The translations under genes and the position numbers were made by a program. DNA of 64,000 bases, taken from NCBI GenBank assembly GCA_038215615.1, contig JBBQQR010000001.1:155501-219500 (forward strand), read 5' to 3'. Shown here piece after piece: positions 51,183 to 60,116 of the stretch. Below the pieces are notes generated by a model, which was given only the letters and a program-made list of their open reading frames with translations, was not told where the DNA came from and ran no database searches. This DNA comes from Vulcanimicrobiales bacterium. Lineage in GTDB: Bacteria; Vulcanimicrobiota; Vulcanimicrobiia; Vulcanimicrobiales; Vulcanimicrobiaceae. Position 1 is the stretch's first letter. Every line of letters starts with the position of its first letter.

Positions 51183-51997
51183 AAGAACGGATTGTGCGTT
51201 TTCTCCCAGACAACTTTGCTGGGCGGACCGTGGCCGGGCATGAGCACGGTATCTTCGGGTAGCGTGAATATCTTCGAGCGAACGCTGTTGAGGATATCAT
51301 CGTAGGTCGAGGCCTCGCCATACGCGCCGCCCACGCTCCCGGCGAAGAGAGTATCGCCCGTGAAGAGCGTCGACTTGAAAAGGTAAGATGACGAGCCGTC
51401 GGTGTGCCCCGGCGTATGCAGCAGCCGGATTTGCGCATCCCCGAAGGGCACTTCCTCGCCGTCTTTGACGAGCAGCGCGGAGCCTGCGAGCGATCCGATC
51501 GCTTCCACGTCCGCGCGGTGCATGACGATTTTCGCCTTTGGAAAATGTGCGGCAACATCGGCCGTCGCGTCGCAATGATCGGCGTGCTTATGCGTGACGA
51601 AGATGTACTCCAAATGATACGCGCCGTCGCGGAGGATGCGCAGCAGGTTCCCCGGGATGCCGGCCGGATCGACCAACGCGGCCCGCTTCCCGCCGTCCAA
51701 GAAAAAGACGTAGCCGTTGCTCGGATGCGGGTGCTGCGGATGATGGCGCACGTCGGGCAGTGATACGTGCTCTGGATGCCAGCGCTGCGCCGCGGCGTCG
51801 GCGAGCTTTCCTGGATCGAGTCGCAAGGGCACTGCCAGGGCGCGCGCCTGCGCGTCATTGGGAACGTCGTGTCCGCGGCGCCAATCGTCGATGTCCCTCG
51901 CCTGGAGGCCCGTGGCGCGGGCCAATGCTTCCGCTGTGGCCCGCGTTCCCCGCATCGCCTTGGTCAGAACGTCGCCGAATTCGTCCTCGAGCGCCAT
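51179..51997 (-). CDS. MBL-fold metallo-hydrolase with N-terminal HTH-like domain
   Basis: THKHADH, HTPGHT, FTGDTLF and PGHG. Confidence 0.88.
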   Translation of the reverse strand: MALEDEFGDVLTKAMRGTRATAEALARATGLQARDIDDWRRGHDVPNDAQARALAVPLRLDPGKLADAAAQRWHPEHVSLPDVRHHPQHPHPSNGYVFFLDGGKRAALVDPAGIPGNLLRILRDGAYHLEYIFVTHKHADHCDATADVAAHFPKAKIVMHRADVEAIGSLAGSALLVKDGEEVPFGDAQIRLLHTPGHTDGSSSYLFKSTLFTGDTLFAGSVGGAYGEASTYDDILNSVRSKIFTLPEDTVLMPGHGPPSKVVWEKTHNPFF

Positions 51998-52074
51998 CGA
52001 AATCGGCTTCTGCGCGGCCGGCGCCGCGGCCCGTCGCAACCGGAGGGGGACCGCGCCCGGTCGAAGCGAGCGGC

Positions 52075-53013
52075 ATGGAACGCGTCATCATCATTGGCTC
52101 CGGTCCCGCGGGACTCACTGCCGCAATTTACGCCGCGCGCGCAAATCTGCGGCCGCTGGTCCTGGCCGGCGGCATGTACGGTGGGCAGCTGATGCTGACG
52201 ACCGAAGTCGAGAATTATCCGGGCTTTCCGGATGGCATCATGGGGCCGGACCTCATGATCAAGTTTCGAGAGCAGGCCGAACGCTTCGGTGCACGCATCG
52301 AAAACGTCGATGTCGTTTCGGTCGATTTTGACAAGCGGCCGCTCGAAGTCACCACAGCCGAAGCGACATTCAAGGGGAAGAGCGTTATCGTCGCCACCGG
52401 CGCGAACGCGCGCTGGCTCAACATTCCCGGTGAGGAGAAGTTGCGCGGGCGCGGCATTTCGACGTGCGCAACGTGCGACGGCGCATTTTTTCGCGAGAAG
52501 CACATCGTCGTTGTGGGCGGCGGCGATTCCGCGATGGAAGAAGCGCTCTTCCTAACGCGCTTCGGTTACAAGGTCACCGTCATTCACCGGCGCGACACGC
52601 TGCGCGCTAGTAAGATCATGGCCGATCGCGCCTTTGGCCACGACAAAATGTCGTTCATTTGGAATACGGCGGTCGAAGAAGCGCTGGGTGAGGCTAAACT
52701 GCGCGCTCTCAAATTGCATAATCTCGCCGACGGAACGCGCAGCGAACTCGAAGCGGACGCGCTCTTCATTGCGATCGGCCACGATCCGAACACCGGGATT
52801 TTCAAAGACCAGCTCGACCTGGACGCGATGGGCTACATCGCTTCGCCCGACGGCGTGTCAACGAACGTCGAAGGCGTCTTTGTCGCCGGCGACGTGAACG
52901 ATATCCGCTACAAGCAGGCTATCACGGCCGCAGGCGCCGGCTGCCGCGCGGCGATGGACGCGGAAAAATATCTCGAGGCGCTCGAGTTTCCGATCGAAGA
53001 GGCAATAGCCTAA
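52075..53013 (+). CDS. trxB: thioredoxin-disulfide reductase
   Basis: GSGPAG, VENYPG, CATCDG, GGGDSAMEEA and QAITAAG. Confidence 0.96.
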   Translation: MERVIIIGSGPAGLTAAIYAARANLRPLVLAGGMYGGQLMLTTEVENYPGFPDGIMGPDLMIKFREQAERFGARIENVDVVSVDFDKRPLEVTTAEATFKGKSVIVATGANARWLNIPGEEKLRGRGISTCATCDGAFFREKHIVVVGGGDSAMEEALFLTRFGYKVTVIHRRDTLRASKIMADRAFGHDKMSFIWNTAVEEALGEAKLRALKLHNLADGTRSELEADALFIAIGHDPNTGIFKDQLDLDAMGYIASPDGVSTNVEGVFVAGDVNDIRYKQAITAAGAGCRAAMDAEKYLEALEFPIEEAIA

Positions 53014-53020
53014 CGGTTCT

Positions 53021-53587
53021 CTATCTTCCTGTTGCTGCAGCTCGAAGACGTCGTCGTGTGAGGTTCATACGGGCCACCGAATCAGCGGATGGAGTCTCGA
53101 TGGCGGAAAGGGCGAGTTCGAGTGAATCCCATCTGAGGTGCTTGCGAGTCGCTGCCACGGCGCGTTCGGCGACGTCGAGCGATTCGGAGTCGCTCCAGTG
53201 AATGAATGCGGCTACGCGATCGGCAATTGCGTCTTCGAGACAAAACACTTTAAAGTTTCCAGCGCGAGTTTGTATCTCGACAAATTCAGATACAGCCCGT
53301 TGATCGATGTAAGGTGTGTCGGTCACAAAATCGAGAACGAAGACGGTTTCAGGATTCGCGAAGACACGGCCGCGTGAGTGAAACCCGATGTCCGATAGAG
53401 CACGCGAAATCTTTCGCCGGTCAATGCCGGTCGTCACCGCAAAATCGATATCCATTGACGTATAGACGTTAGGGACGTGGGCGGTTATTGCGCTTCCGCC
53501 AACAACAACCACATCGATGCCGCGCTCTTTGAGATGTGTCGCCACGGTCCCGGCCAACTCGGCGAGCGTAAGATCCCTTAGTTTCAA
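53021..53587 (-). CDS. nucleotidyltransferase (Pol-beta superfamily; AbiEii/MenT/DUF6036-like)
   Basis: VVVVGGSA...TSMDIDF, a later LDF, and EDAIADR. The TTG start overlaps the upstream TGA. Confidence 0.8.
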   Translation of the reverse strand: MKLRDLTLAELAGTVATHLKERGIDVVVVGGSAITAHVPNVYTSMDIDFAVTTGIDRRKISRALSDIGFHSRGRVFANPETVFVLDFVTDTPYIDQRAVSEFVEIQTRAGNFKVFCLEDAIADRVAAFIHWSDSESLDVAERAVAATRKHLRWDSLELALSAIETPSADSVARMNLTRRRLRAAATGR

Positions 53588-53904
53588 ATTGGTTTTCCGA
53601 GCGCCCGTGGTCGACGTCGAAGCTTCGACCAGCGCTTTTCATAGCTCGGAAGCTCGCTGAGGCGCAAAAGCAGCGGATAGAGTTCATCGCGCGCCCAAAA
53701 CCGCGGATTCAGCTCGACCAGCCGAGTACCGCCAACGCGTTTCGATACTATTGTTCCCGTGCGCTCCAGGGATGCCACTGCGCGCTGAACTTCATTCAAG
53801 CGACGTTCTAATATGCGGGCAATCTCTGACGGGTAAGTACGGCCCAGGCGGGCTACCGCGATGAGAGTGTCGCTTCTTAAAGCCGAACCGAACAAGGTGT
53901 CCAT
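53584..53904 (-). CDS. winged-helix DNA-binding protein (106 aa), probably leaderless
   Basis: TYPSEIARIL...VQRAVASLERTGTIVSKRVGGTRLVELN. ATG lies 6 nt after TATAAT. Confidence 0.8.
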   Translation of the reverse strand: MDTLFGSALRSDTLIAVARLGRTYPSEIARILERRLNEVQRAVASLERTGTIVSKRVGGTRLVELNPRFWARDELYPLLLRLSELPSYEKRWSKLRRRPRALGKPI

Positions 53905-53910
53905 GTCGGC

Positions 53911-53957
53911 ATTATACACTACATTAATGTATTGTTTCAACTACATAATAGTAGTGT
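53911..53957 (-). promoter_or_regulatory. sigma70-type promoter overlapped by two palindromic operators
   Basis: TTGAAA (53940-53935), 18-nt spacer, TATAAT (53916-53911). Palindromes at 53916-53935 and 53938-53957. Confidence 0.8.
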
Positions 53958-53968
53958 TTCGCTAGGGG

Positions 53969-54523
53969 CTACTGCCAGAGCGTCATCACAAACATGGGGC
54001 GCGCGCCCTTGACGGTCATCGGACCGCTGGGCGTGCCGCATTGCGCCATGAATGTCGTGGGCCATTTCGCGCTGCCGGCCGGAACAGTACAGACCAAGTT
54101 TCCGCTGCAGTAGTAAGGATAATTCCCGACCACCGTGCCGGTACCGGCGTTGCACGTGATGCCGCTGCCGCCGGCGACTTGGAAGCGCCATGGTTTCGCA
54201 GCGCTCTTTGGGTTGGCTTGCGGTAAGGGCTTCGTGAGGTTAATGATCACTCCGGTGTTTGTCGCGACGTCTTGCGGGCATGCGACGGCTCTTGCCGAGA
54301 GTTTGAAGCACGGATCCATAATCGAGTTGCCGATCATGCAGCGGAACGCGTCGCTGCGCGAAGAGGCGATGGAGCTCGTCCAGCACGAGCCGCTTACGGT
54401 CTTTCCCTTCATGTGCGAGCCGCTGTAGCGCACGATATTCGTCGGGCCGGGGTAGGCAATCGCGGGTGTTGCTGCAAGGCTCGCCAGCGCAAGAACGATT
54501 GCAGATGAAATAAAACGCTTCAT
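53969..54523 (-). CDS. secreted Cys-rich hypothetical protein
   Basis: GGGAG SD, signal MKRFISSAIVLALASLAATPAIA and 8 Cys. Confidence 0.8.
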   Translation of the reverse strand: MKRFISSAIVLALASLAATPAIAYPGPTNIVRYSGSHMKGKTVSGSCWTSSIASSRSDAFRCMIGNSIMDPCFKLSARAVACPQDVATNTGVIINLTKPLPQANPKSAAKPWRFQVAGGSGITCNAGTGTVVGNYPYYCSGNLVCTVPAGSAKWPTTFMAQCGTPSGPMTVKGARPMFVMTLWQ

Positions 54524-54542
54524 GTGATCTCCCTTTTTAACG

Positions 54543-54627
54543 TCCCCTCGTCGTGCGTCCCTTACGGGACGCTGCTCGGGGTCCTTCGACAAGCTCAGGA
54601 TGACATTTCGACAAGCTCAGGATGACA
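54543..54627. repeat. REP-like cluster: hairpin plus tandem TTCGACAAGCTCAGGATGACA x2
   Basis: Identical 21-mers at 54585-54605 and 54607-54627, with a GCGTCCC-TTAC-GGGACGC hairpin immediately before. Confidence 0.85.
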
Positions 54628-55465
54628 CCAAGTTCACCAGTGCCGACCCGAGTGTCGGATACTTAAACAAAAAACCCTCGGACTGCGCGCGCTCCGGCAG
54701 AACGCGTTGCCCTTGCAGCGCCATTTCCGCCGCTTCGCCCAGCATCATTTTCAGCGCGAAGTTTGGAACGGGCAGCGCGGCCGGGCGGTGGAGTGTTTGC
54801 CCGAGCGTTTCGGTGAATTCTTGATTGCGTACTGGATTTGGCGCGGTTGCGTTAACGGCGCCGTCGAGTTTGTCGATCGCGAGCATGTAGACCCCGACGA
54901 GATCGTCGATGTGGATCCACGAATACCATTGCTTTCCCGTTCCCAACCGGCCGCCGGTGCCGGTTTTGAAGAGCGGCAGGATGCGCTCGAGAACACCGCC
55001 GTCGCGGCTCAGCGCCAGACCGGTTCGGATGCAGGCGACGCGCATGCCGTGCTCGCGTCCGCGCTGCGCGATGTTTTCCCACTCGATGCAGACTTGCGCC
55101 AGGAAATCCACGCCGGGCGGGCTGTTTTCGGTAAACGTGTCCTCTTCGCTCGTTCCGTAATAGCCGATCGCGGAGGCGCTGATATAAGTTTGCGGTTTCG
55201 GTTCGACGTGAGCGAGCGCGTCGAAGAATTTCGAAGGCGTAGTCGTGCGGCTTTCGCGGATGCGCTGCTTGACCTCGGCATTCCAGCGCTGCGCGATCGG
55301 TTCGCCGGCGAGATTTACCACGGCGTCCATTCCACCGGCGGCGGCGGCCGCGGCATGCGGTTCGCGCATCGAAGCCGCGCGCACGTCGTCGCCGCGCGCT
55401 CGCAAGGCGGCCACGAGTTGGCTGCCGATAAAGCCGCTGGCGCCAAAGACGGCGATGCGCATCAA
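54617..55465 (-). CDS. TIGR01777-family NAD-dependent epimerase/oxidoreductase
   Basis: GASGFIG, VNLAGEPI, SASAIGYYG and SWIHIDD. Confidence 0.92.
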   Translation of the reverse strand: MMRIAVFGASGFIGSQLVAALRARGDDVRAASMREPHAAAAAAGGMDAVVNLAGEPIAQRWNAEVKQRIRESRTTTPSKFFDALAHVEPKPQTYISASAIGYYGTSEEDTFTENSPPGVDFLAQVCIEWENIAQRGREHGMRVACIRTGLALSRDGGVLERILPLFKTGTGGRLGTGKQWYSWIHIDDLVGVYMLAIDKLDGAVNATAPNPVRNQEFTETLGQTLHRPAALPVPNFALKMMLGEAAEMALQGQRVLPERAQSEGFLFKYPTLGSALVNLVSS

Positions 55466-56691
55466 ATTCCGCCTATGAATCTCCCTGGATTGAGCGTTCC
55501 ATGAGGGTCGAAGCGCGCCTTCATCGCGCGCATTTTTTCAATCGCGGGCGGAACTGCCCCCCACGCTTCGAACGAGGCGCGCGCGGCGGAGTCGCCGGCC
55601 ACGATCGTGCAGCGCGGTTCGAGCTCGCGCAATTCCGCGTGGCACGCTTCGAGTTTGGCAGCGAAACGCGAAGCATTCTGTTCGCTTGCGCGAACGAACA
55701 CGTCGCCGTTCATCACGTCGAAGAGCACGTCGGTGAAGAGCTTGTGGCGGTTACACGCATCGCGCATGCACTCGGCGCGTTCCTGGGCCGCGCCGGGCGA
55801 GCCAAAAAGGCGATACGTGATCGAGCGGCCGCGTTTGTTGGCGATGCAGGCGTCGATCGTGCGGTCTAGGCTCTCCGCCGCGCCGGTATCGACGATCGTG
55901 GTCTCCGGAACGCCGGCTTTGCCGAGCGCCGATCGCGTATCGAGCGTGGCGCGTTCGAGCAATTCTTCCGTGCCTTCGAAGTAGAGGAGGATGCGTCCAT
56001 CGACGTCGTCGACGCCGTCGACGTTCTTTCCAAAACCTTCGACGCAAAAAGCGGCCGAGGGCGGAACGACAAGCGAGGCGATCCGTTCTATCGCGCGCGC
56101 CCGCGTTGCTTCGGGCAGCGGTGCAATCATGGCGCGGCGCTTTTTTGGGAGCGGCAACGTCTTAAAATTAAGTTGCGTGAAGATCGCGAGCGTGCCGAAC
56201 GAGCCGATGTACAGTTTGCTCATGTCATAGCCGCTGACGTTTTTTACGACCATGCCTCCGGCGTTGGCCAGCGTGCCGTCTGCAAGCGCGACTTGCGAGC
56301 CGATCACGAAATCGCGCGCTCGCCCGTACATGTGTCGCCGTGGCCCCGGCCAGCCCGCGGCCAGCGATCCGCCGATGGTCGCTTTTTTCCGCAGCGGAAC
56401 GTCGATGGGAACGAACTGGCCGTGCTCGCCTAGCGCGGCGTTGAGTTGCGCGACACGCACGCCGCTTTGCGCCGAGCACGTTAGGTCGTGGTATTCGTGT
56501 GCGAGAATGGTGCCCAGTCCGGTGGTGATCAGCGAAACGCCGGCGCGCGGAAGAACCGGACCCATACCGCTCAGCGTCTTACCGCCTTCGACCGAGACTT
56601 TCCAGCCTTCGCGATCGCAGCGCTCCAGAGTTTCCCGCAGCGCGTCGATTGACTTCGGGATGACTTTCTCGGGGACCGCGCGCGCGATCAT
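55462..56691 (-). CDS. glcE: FAD-binding oxidoreductase, GlcE-like
   Basis: ATIGG, GGMVVKNVSGYDMSKLYIGSFGTL and FDPHGTLNPGR. ATGA overlap with glcD. Confidence 0.8.
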   Translation of the reverse strand: MIARAVPEKVIPKSIDALRETLERCDREGWKVSVEGGKTLSGMGPVLPRAGVSLITTGLGTILAHEYHDLTCSAQSGVRVAQLNAALGEHGQFVPIDVPLRKKATIGGSLAAGWPGPRRHMYGRARDFVIGSQVALADGTLANAGGMVVKNVSGYDMSKLYIGSFGTLAIFTQLNFKTLPLPKKRRAMIAPLPEATRARAIERIASLVVPPSAAFCVEGFGKNVDGVDDVDGRILLYFEGTEELLERATLDTRSALGKAGVPETTIVDTGAAESLDRTIDACIANKRGRSITYRLFGSPGAAQERAECMRDACNRHKLFTDVLFDVMNGDVFVRASEQNASRFAAKLEACHAELRELEPRCTIVAGDSAARASFEAWGAVPPAIEKMRAMKARFDPHGTLNPGRFIGGI

Positions 56692-58067
56692 GCGACTTCC
56701 GCGCAACCGACGCCGGCCGGAAAGATTTTTTCAGGGTTCAGACTACGTCGCGGATCGAAGACTTCGCGGACGCGTGACATCGTCGCGAGATCGTCGGTCG
56801 AGAAGATACGCCTGAGCGTATCGCGCTTTTCGGACCCGATGCCGTGCTCGCCGCTGATCGTGCCGCCGAGATCGACTGCCGCCTTCAATATTTCGTTGCC
56901 CGCTTCGATGACGGCCGCGACTTGTTTGGAATCGCCGCGGTCGTAGAGCAGCAGCGGGTGTAAATTTCCGTCGCCGGCGTGAAAGACGTTGCCCGCGATA
57001 ATTCCTTGCGGCGCGCACGCATCCGCGACCGCTTTTAGCGCCTGCGGCAATTTCGTGCGCGGAACGACGACATCTTGGATGTAGTAATTGGGCGCGAGAC
57101 GTCCGGTGGCGCCGAGCGCGCCTTTGCGTCCGGCCCAGAGCGCGTCGCACTCGGCTTGTGATTTCGCCGCGCGCCACGTCGTAGCGCCATTTTCTTTCAT
57201 GACGCGGCGGATCTCGCTTTCGTGCAGGTTCATTTCGTCTTCGAATCCGGCGCTTTCGATGAGCAGTACGGCTGCCGCATCGGTCGGGTAGCCCGCATGA
57301 AAGGCAGCTTCGATCGGCGGGAGCATGACGCGGTCGAGCATTTCGAGCGCAGTTGGAATGATGCCGGCGCCGATGATTCCGGTGACCGCGGCCGAGGCTG
57401 CGTTCACGTCATCGAAAGCCGCCAGCCACACGCGCACAGTTTCGGGCAGGCGCAGCAGACGCACCCACGCGGAGCAGACCATCGCGAGCGTGCCTTCGCT
57501 CCCTACGAGTACGCCGGTGAGATCGTAACCGACATCGTCGACCGACGTTGTCGTCACGTCGCCGTTTTCGTCGACGATTTCGAGTTCGAGAATATGATTG
57601 ACCGTCGTGCCGTACGAAAGACAGTGCGGGCCGCCGGCGTTGGTGCCGATGTTTCCGCCGATGGTCGAAATTTTTTGCGAGGACGGATCGGGGGCGTAGA
57701 AGAGACCCGAGGCTGCAACGTGTTTTGAAAGGTCGAGGTTGATGAGGCCGGGTTGCACGCGGGCGCGCCGGTTGCGCACGTCGACTTCGAGCACGCGGTT
57801 CATGCGCGCGAACGAGAACACAACGCCACCGCGCGCCGGCGCCGCGCCTCCGCACAAACCCGTGCCCGCGCCGCGAGCGACGATCGGCTCACCGCAGTCT
57901 TTAGCGATTTTTACGGCGGCGGCGACTTCGCGAGTGTTAGCGGCCAACACGACCGCCGCGGGCACGACGCCCTGCGCATATGCATCGAAGGCATAGACTG
58001 CGAGATCTTCAGCCTCCGTCTTGACCGCGTCCGCTCCGAGCGCTTCGATCAGCCGCTGCTTCAGCAC
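56688..58067 (-). CDS. glcD: FAD-linked oxidase, glycolate oxidase subunit GlcD-like
   Basis: RGAGTGL, APDPSS, GSEGTL, HAGDGNLHP and GEHGIG. Confidence 0.88.
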   Translation of the reverse strand: MLKQRLIEALGADAVKTEAEDLAVYAFDAYAQGVVPAAVVLAANTREVAAAVKIAKDCGEPIVARGAGTGLCGGAAPARGGVVFSFARMNRVLEVDVRNRRARVQPGLINLDLSKHVAASGLFYAPDPSSQKISTIGGNIGTNAGGPHCLSYGTTVNHILELEIVDENGDVTTTSVDDVGYDLTGVLVGSEGTLAMVCSAWVRLLRLPETVRVWLAAFDDVNAASAAVTGIIGAGIIPTALEMLDRVMLPPIEAAFHAGYPTDAAAVLLIESAGFEDEMNLHESEIRRVMKENGATTWRAAKSQAECDALWAGRKGALGATGRLAPNYYIQDVVVPRTKLPQALKAVADACAPQGIIAGNVFHAGDGNLHPLLLYDRGDSKQVAAVIEAGNEILKAAVDLGGTISGEHGIGSEKRDTLRRIFSTDDLATMSRVREVFDPRRSLNPEKIFPAGVGCAEVA

Positions 58068-58078
58068 CGGCTAGGGAT

Positions 58079-59296
58079 TCAACGGTAAAGCAAATATTTC
58101 TGCCGTACGGCGAGAAAGCGGCGCAGAGCGGGTTCCCACTGTGCCGCGATCGCCTGCGCCGGGAGACCGGCTTGCAGCGCGGTGGCAAAAGTATCGGTTC
58201 CCCAATCAGTTGCCGTGGACTTGACGCTGACTTTCAACGCTCCGGGCGAGACCGCGCGCACCGCGGTAGCGATTTCTACCGCGGTACGCACCGACGGAAA
58301 AACGTTCGGATCGAAGACATCGAGCTCGACGCCCGCGACTTGCTTGCCGCTCAGCGCGCCGAAAAACGGCGTCCAGTATGCGGGGCGGAAATAGACGCCC
58401 GGAATATTGCGCGCGTTGAGTACGCTCGCGAGGCCGTACGCATCGACGTTTTCAGCGCCGACATATTTGAAGGGCTTGGTCGTGCCGATTCCGCCGTTCA
58501 GGCCTATGCTATCGGTGAGTCCGGTGCACGGATAGACTTCGGCGGTGCTCCACTCGGGAATGTTCGGCGACGTTTGCACCCATTGCAAGCCGGTGTCGGG
58601 CCAAAACATCGAGCGTTTCCAACCCTGCATTTTGATCACGCGCAAGTTGGCGCCGATACCGAATTGGTTGTTGAAAAGGCGCGCCAGTTCGCCGACGGTC
58701 ATGCCGTGGCGCATCGGAATAGGATAGAGTCCGATGAACGATTTGAATGCGGGATCGAGGACCGGCCCTTCGACCATCGTTCCGCCGATCGGATTAGGGC
58801 GATCGAGCACCCAGATTTCTTTGCCGAACTGTTTGGCGGCTTGCATCGCGTAGGCCATGGTCGAGACGTAGGTGTACGGTCGCGCGCCGACATCTTGGAT
58901 GTCGAACAGCAATACGTCTACGCCGGCGAGCATTTGCGCATTCGGGTGGCGTTGGTCGCCATACAAACTATAGACCGGCAACCCGGTGCGTGTGTCCGCG
59001 TACGACGCGACATATGCGCCGGCCGGACGATCGCCCCGCAGACCATGCTCGGGCGAATAGATGGCTTTCAGGCAAATGTTCGGGTTGGCTTTGATCGCGT
59101 CGACGATGTTGACCAGGTGCGACGTCACGCCGGTTTGGTTGGTGATCACGCCGACGCACTTGCCGGCCAGGTCGCGCCAGGCACTCTGTAAGAAGACTTC
59201 ATCGCCGAGAGTCACGCGCGCCGGCGGCGGCGTTGTGCCCAGCAAGACCGCGGCGAGCGCGGAGGCCAGGAATGCCTTAAGCAAAAACCGCCTCAA
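58079..59296 (-). CDS. exo-beta-N-acetylmuramidase NamZ family (DUF1343), exported
   Basis: ITNQTG, SPEHG, FDIQDVG, LDRPNP, RHGMTVGELA and TSPNIP. Confidence 0.9.
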   Translation of the reverse strand: MRRFLLKAFLASALAAVLLGTTPPPARVTLGDEVFLQSAWRDLAGKCVGVITNQTGVTSHLVNIVDAIKANPNICLKAIYSPEHGLRGDRPAGAYVASYADTRTGLPVYSLYGDQRHPNAQMLAGVDVLLFDIQDVGARPYTYVSTMAYAMQAAKQFGKEIWVLDRPNPIGGTMVEGPVLDPAFKSFIGLYPIPMRHGMTVGELARLFNNQFGIGANLRVIKMQGWKRSMFWPDTGLQWVQTSPNIPEWSTAEVYPCTGLTDSIGLNGGIGTTKPFKYVGAENVDAYGLASVLNARNIPGVYFRPAYWTPFFGALSGKQVAGVELDVFDPNVFPSVRTAVEIATAVRAVSPGALKVSVKSTATDWGTDTFATALQAGLPAQAIAAQWEPALRRFLAVRQKYLLYR

Positions 59297-60116
59297 CTTG
59301 TTCGGGAATAATACCTTGCTCGCGCGCCCGGCGGAAAAGTTCTTTCACCGCTGCGATCCCATCGTCGCCGATGTCGTCGGTGTACTCGTTGACGTAAGTT
59401 TCGATGTGTTTGCGCATGACCGTGTCGTCCATCTCGTTGGCATGTTCCTTGACGTACTTCATGACGTCTTTTTCGTTCTCGCGCGCGTAGCGCAGGCTCT
59501 TCCGGATGGCGTTGTTGAAATCATCGGAGCGTTCGGCAACGTCGTTGCGTATCATGATCGCACCGAGCGGTACCGGCATCTTTGTTTCACTCTCCCACCA
59601 CTCGCCTAAGTCGGCTATGCTGACGAGGTCTAATTCCTTGTACGTAAAGCGCGACTCGTGAATAATTAAGCCCGCGTCAACGGTGCCGCCGGCCACCGAT
59701 TCAATGATTTTATCGAAGCGCATGGCAAGCGTCTGCGGCCGTGCCCCCATCGCGAGATTGAGGAGCATGAATGCCGTGGTGCGCTCGCCCGGGATGGCAA
59801 TGAGTTTGTCTTTGAAGTCTTCCAGCGTCTTGCCGGTGCCGGGCCGCGCGACCAGCAGCGGGCCGCAACCGTGGCCCAATGCGCCGCCGGCGCGCAGCAT
59901 TTTGTAGTTTTCGAGCAAATCGGGCACTACGGCGTAGCTCACCTTCGTGAACTCGTAGTCACCTTTGAGTGCGGAATTATTGAGGTTCTCGATATCTTCG
60001 AGTTGCACGCTAATCGGCGGCACATTCTCAAGCAAGCCGTTGGCGAGCGCGGCGAAAATATACGTGTCGTTTGGACAAGGCGAGTACGCGAGCGTGAGTA
60101 GTTTTTCGTTATCCAT
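59277..60116 (-). CDS. mqnD: 1,4-dihydroxy-6-naphthoate synthase
   Basis: YSPCPNDTYIF, GGALGHGCGPL, IIHESRFTY and DLGEWW. Confidence 0.93.
   Translation of the reverse strand: MDNEKLLTLAYSPCPNDTYIFAALANGLLENVPPISVQLEDIENLNNSALKGDYEFTKVSYAVVPDLLENYKMLRAGGALGHGCGPLLVARPGTGKTLEDFKDKLIAIPGERTTAFMLLNLAMGARPQTLAMRFDKIIESVAGGTVDAGLIIHESRFTYKELDLVSIADLGEWWESETKMPVPLGAIMIRNDVAERSDDFNNAIRKSLRYARENEKDVMKYVKEHANEMDDTVMRKHIETYVNEYTDDIGDDGIAAVKELFRRAREQGIIPEQVEAVFA

Noticed and set aside
54585..54627. Tandem 21-mers as a CRISPR array
   Set aside because: Only two copies, 1 nt apart, with no spacers and no cas genes.
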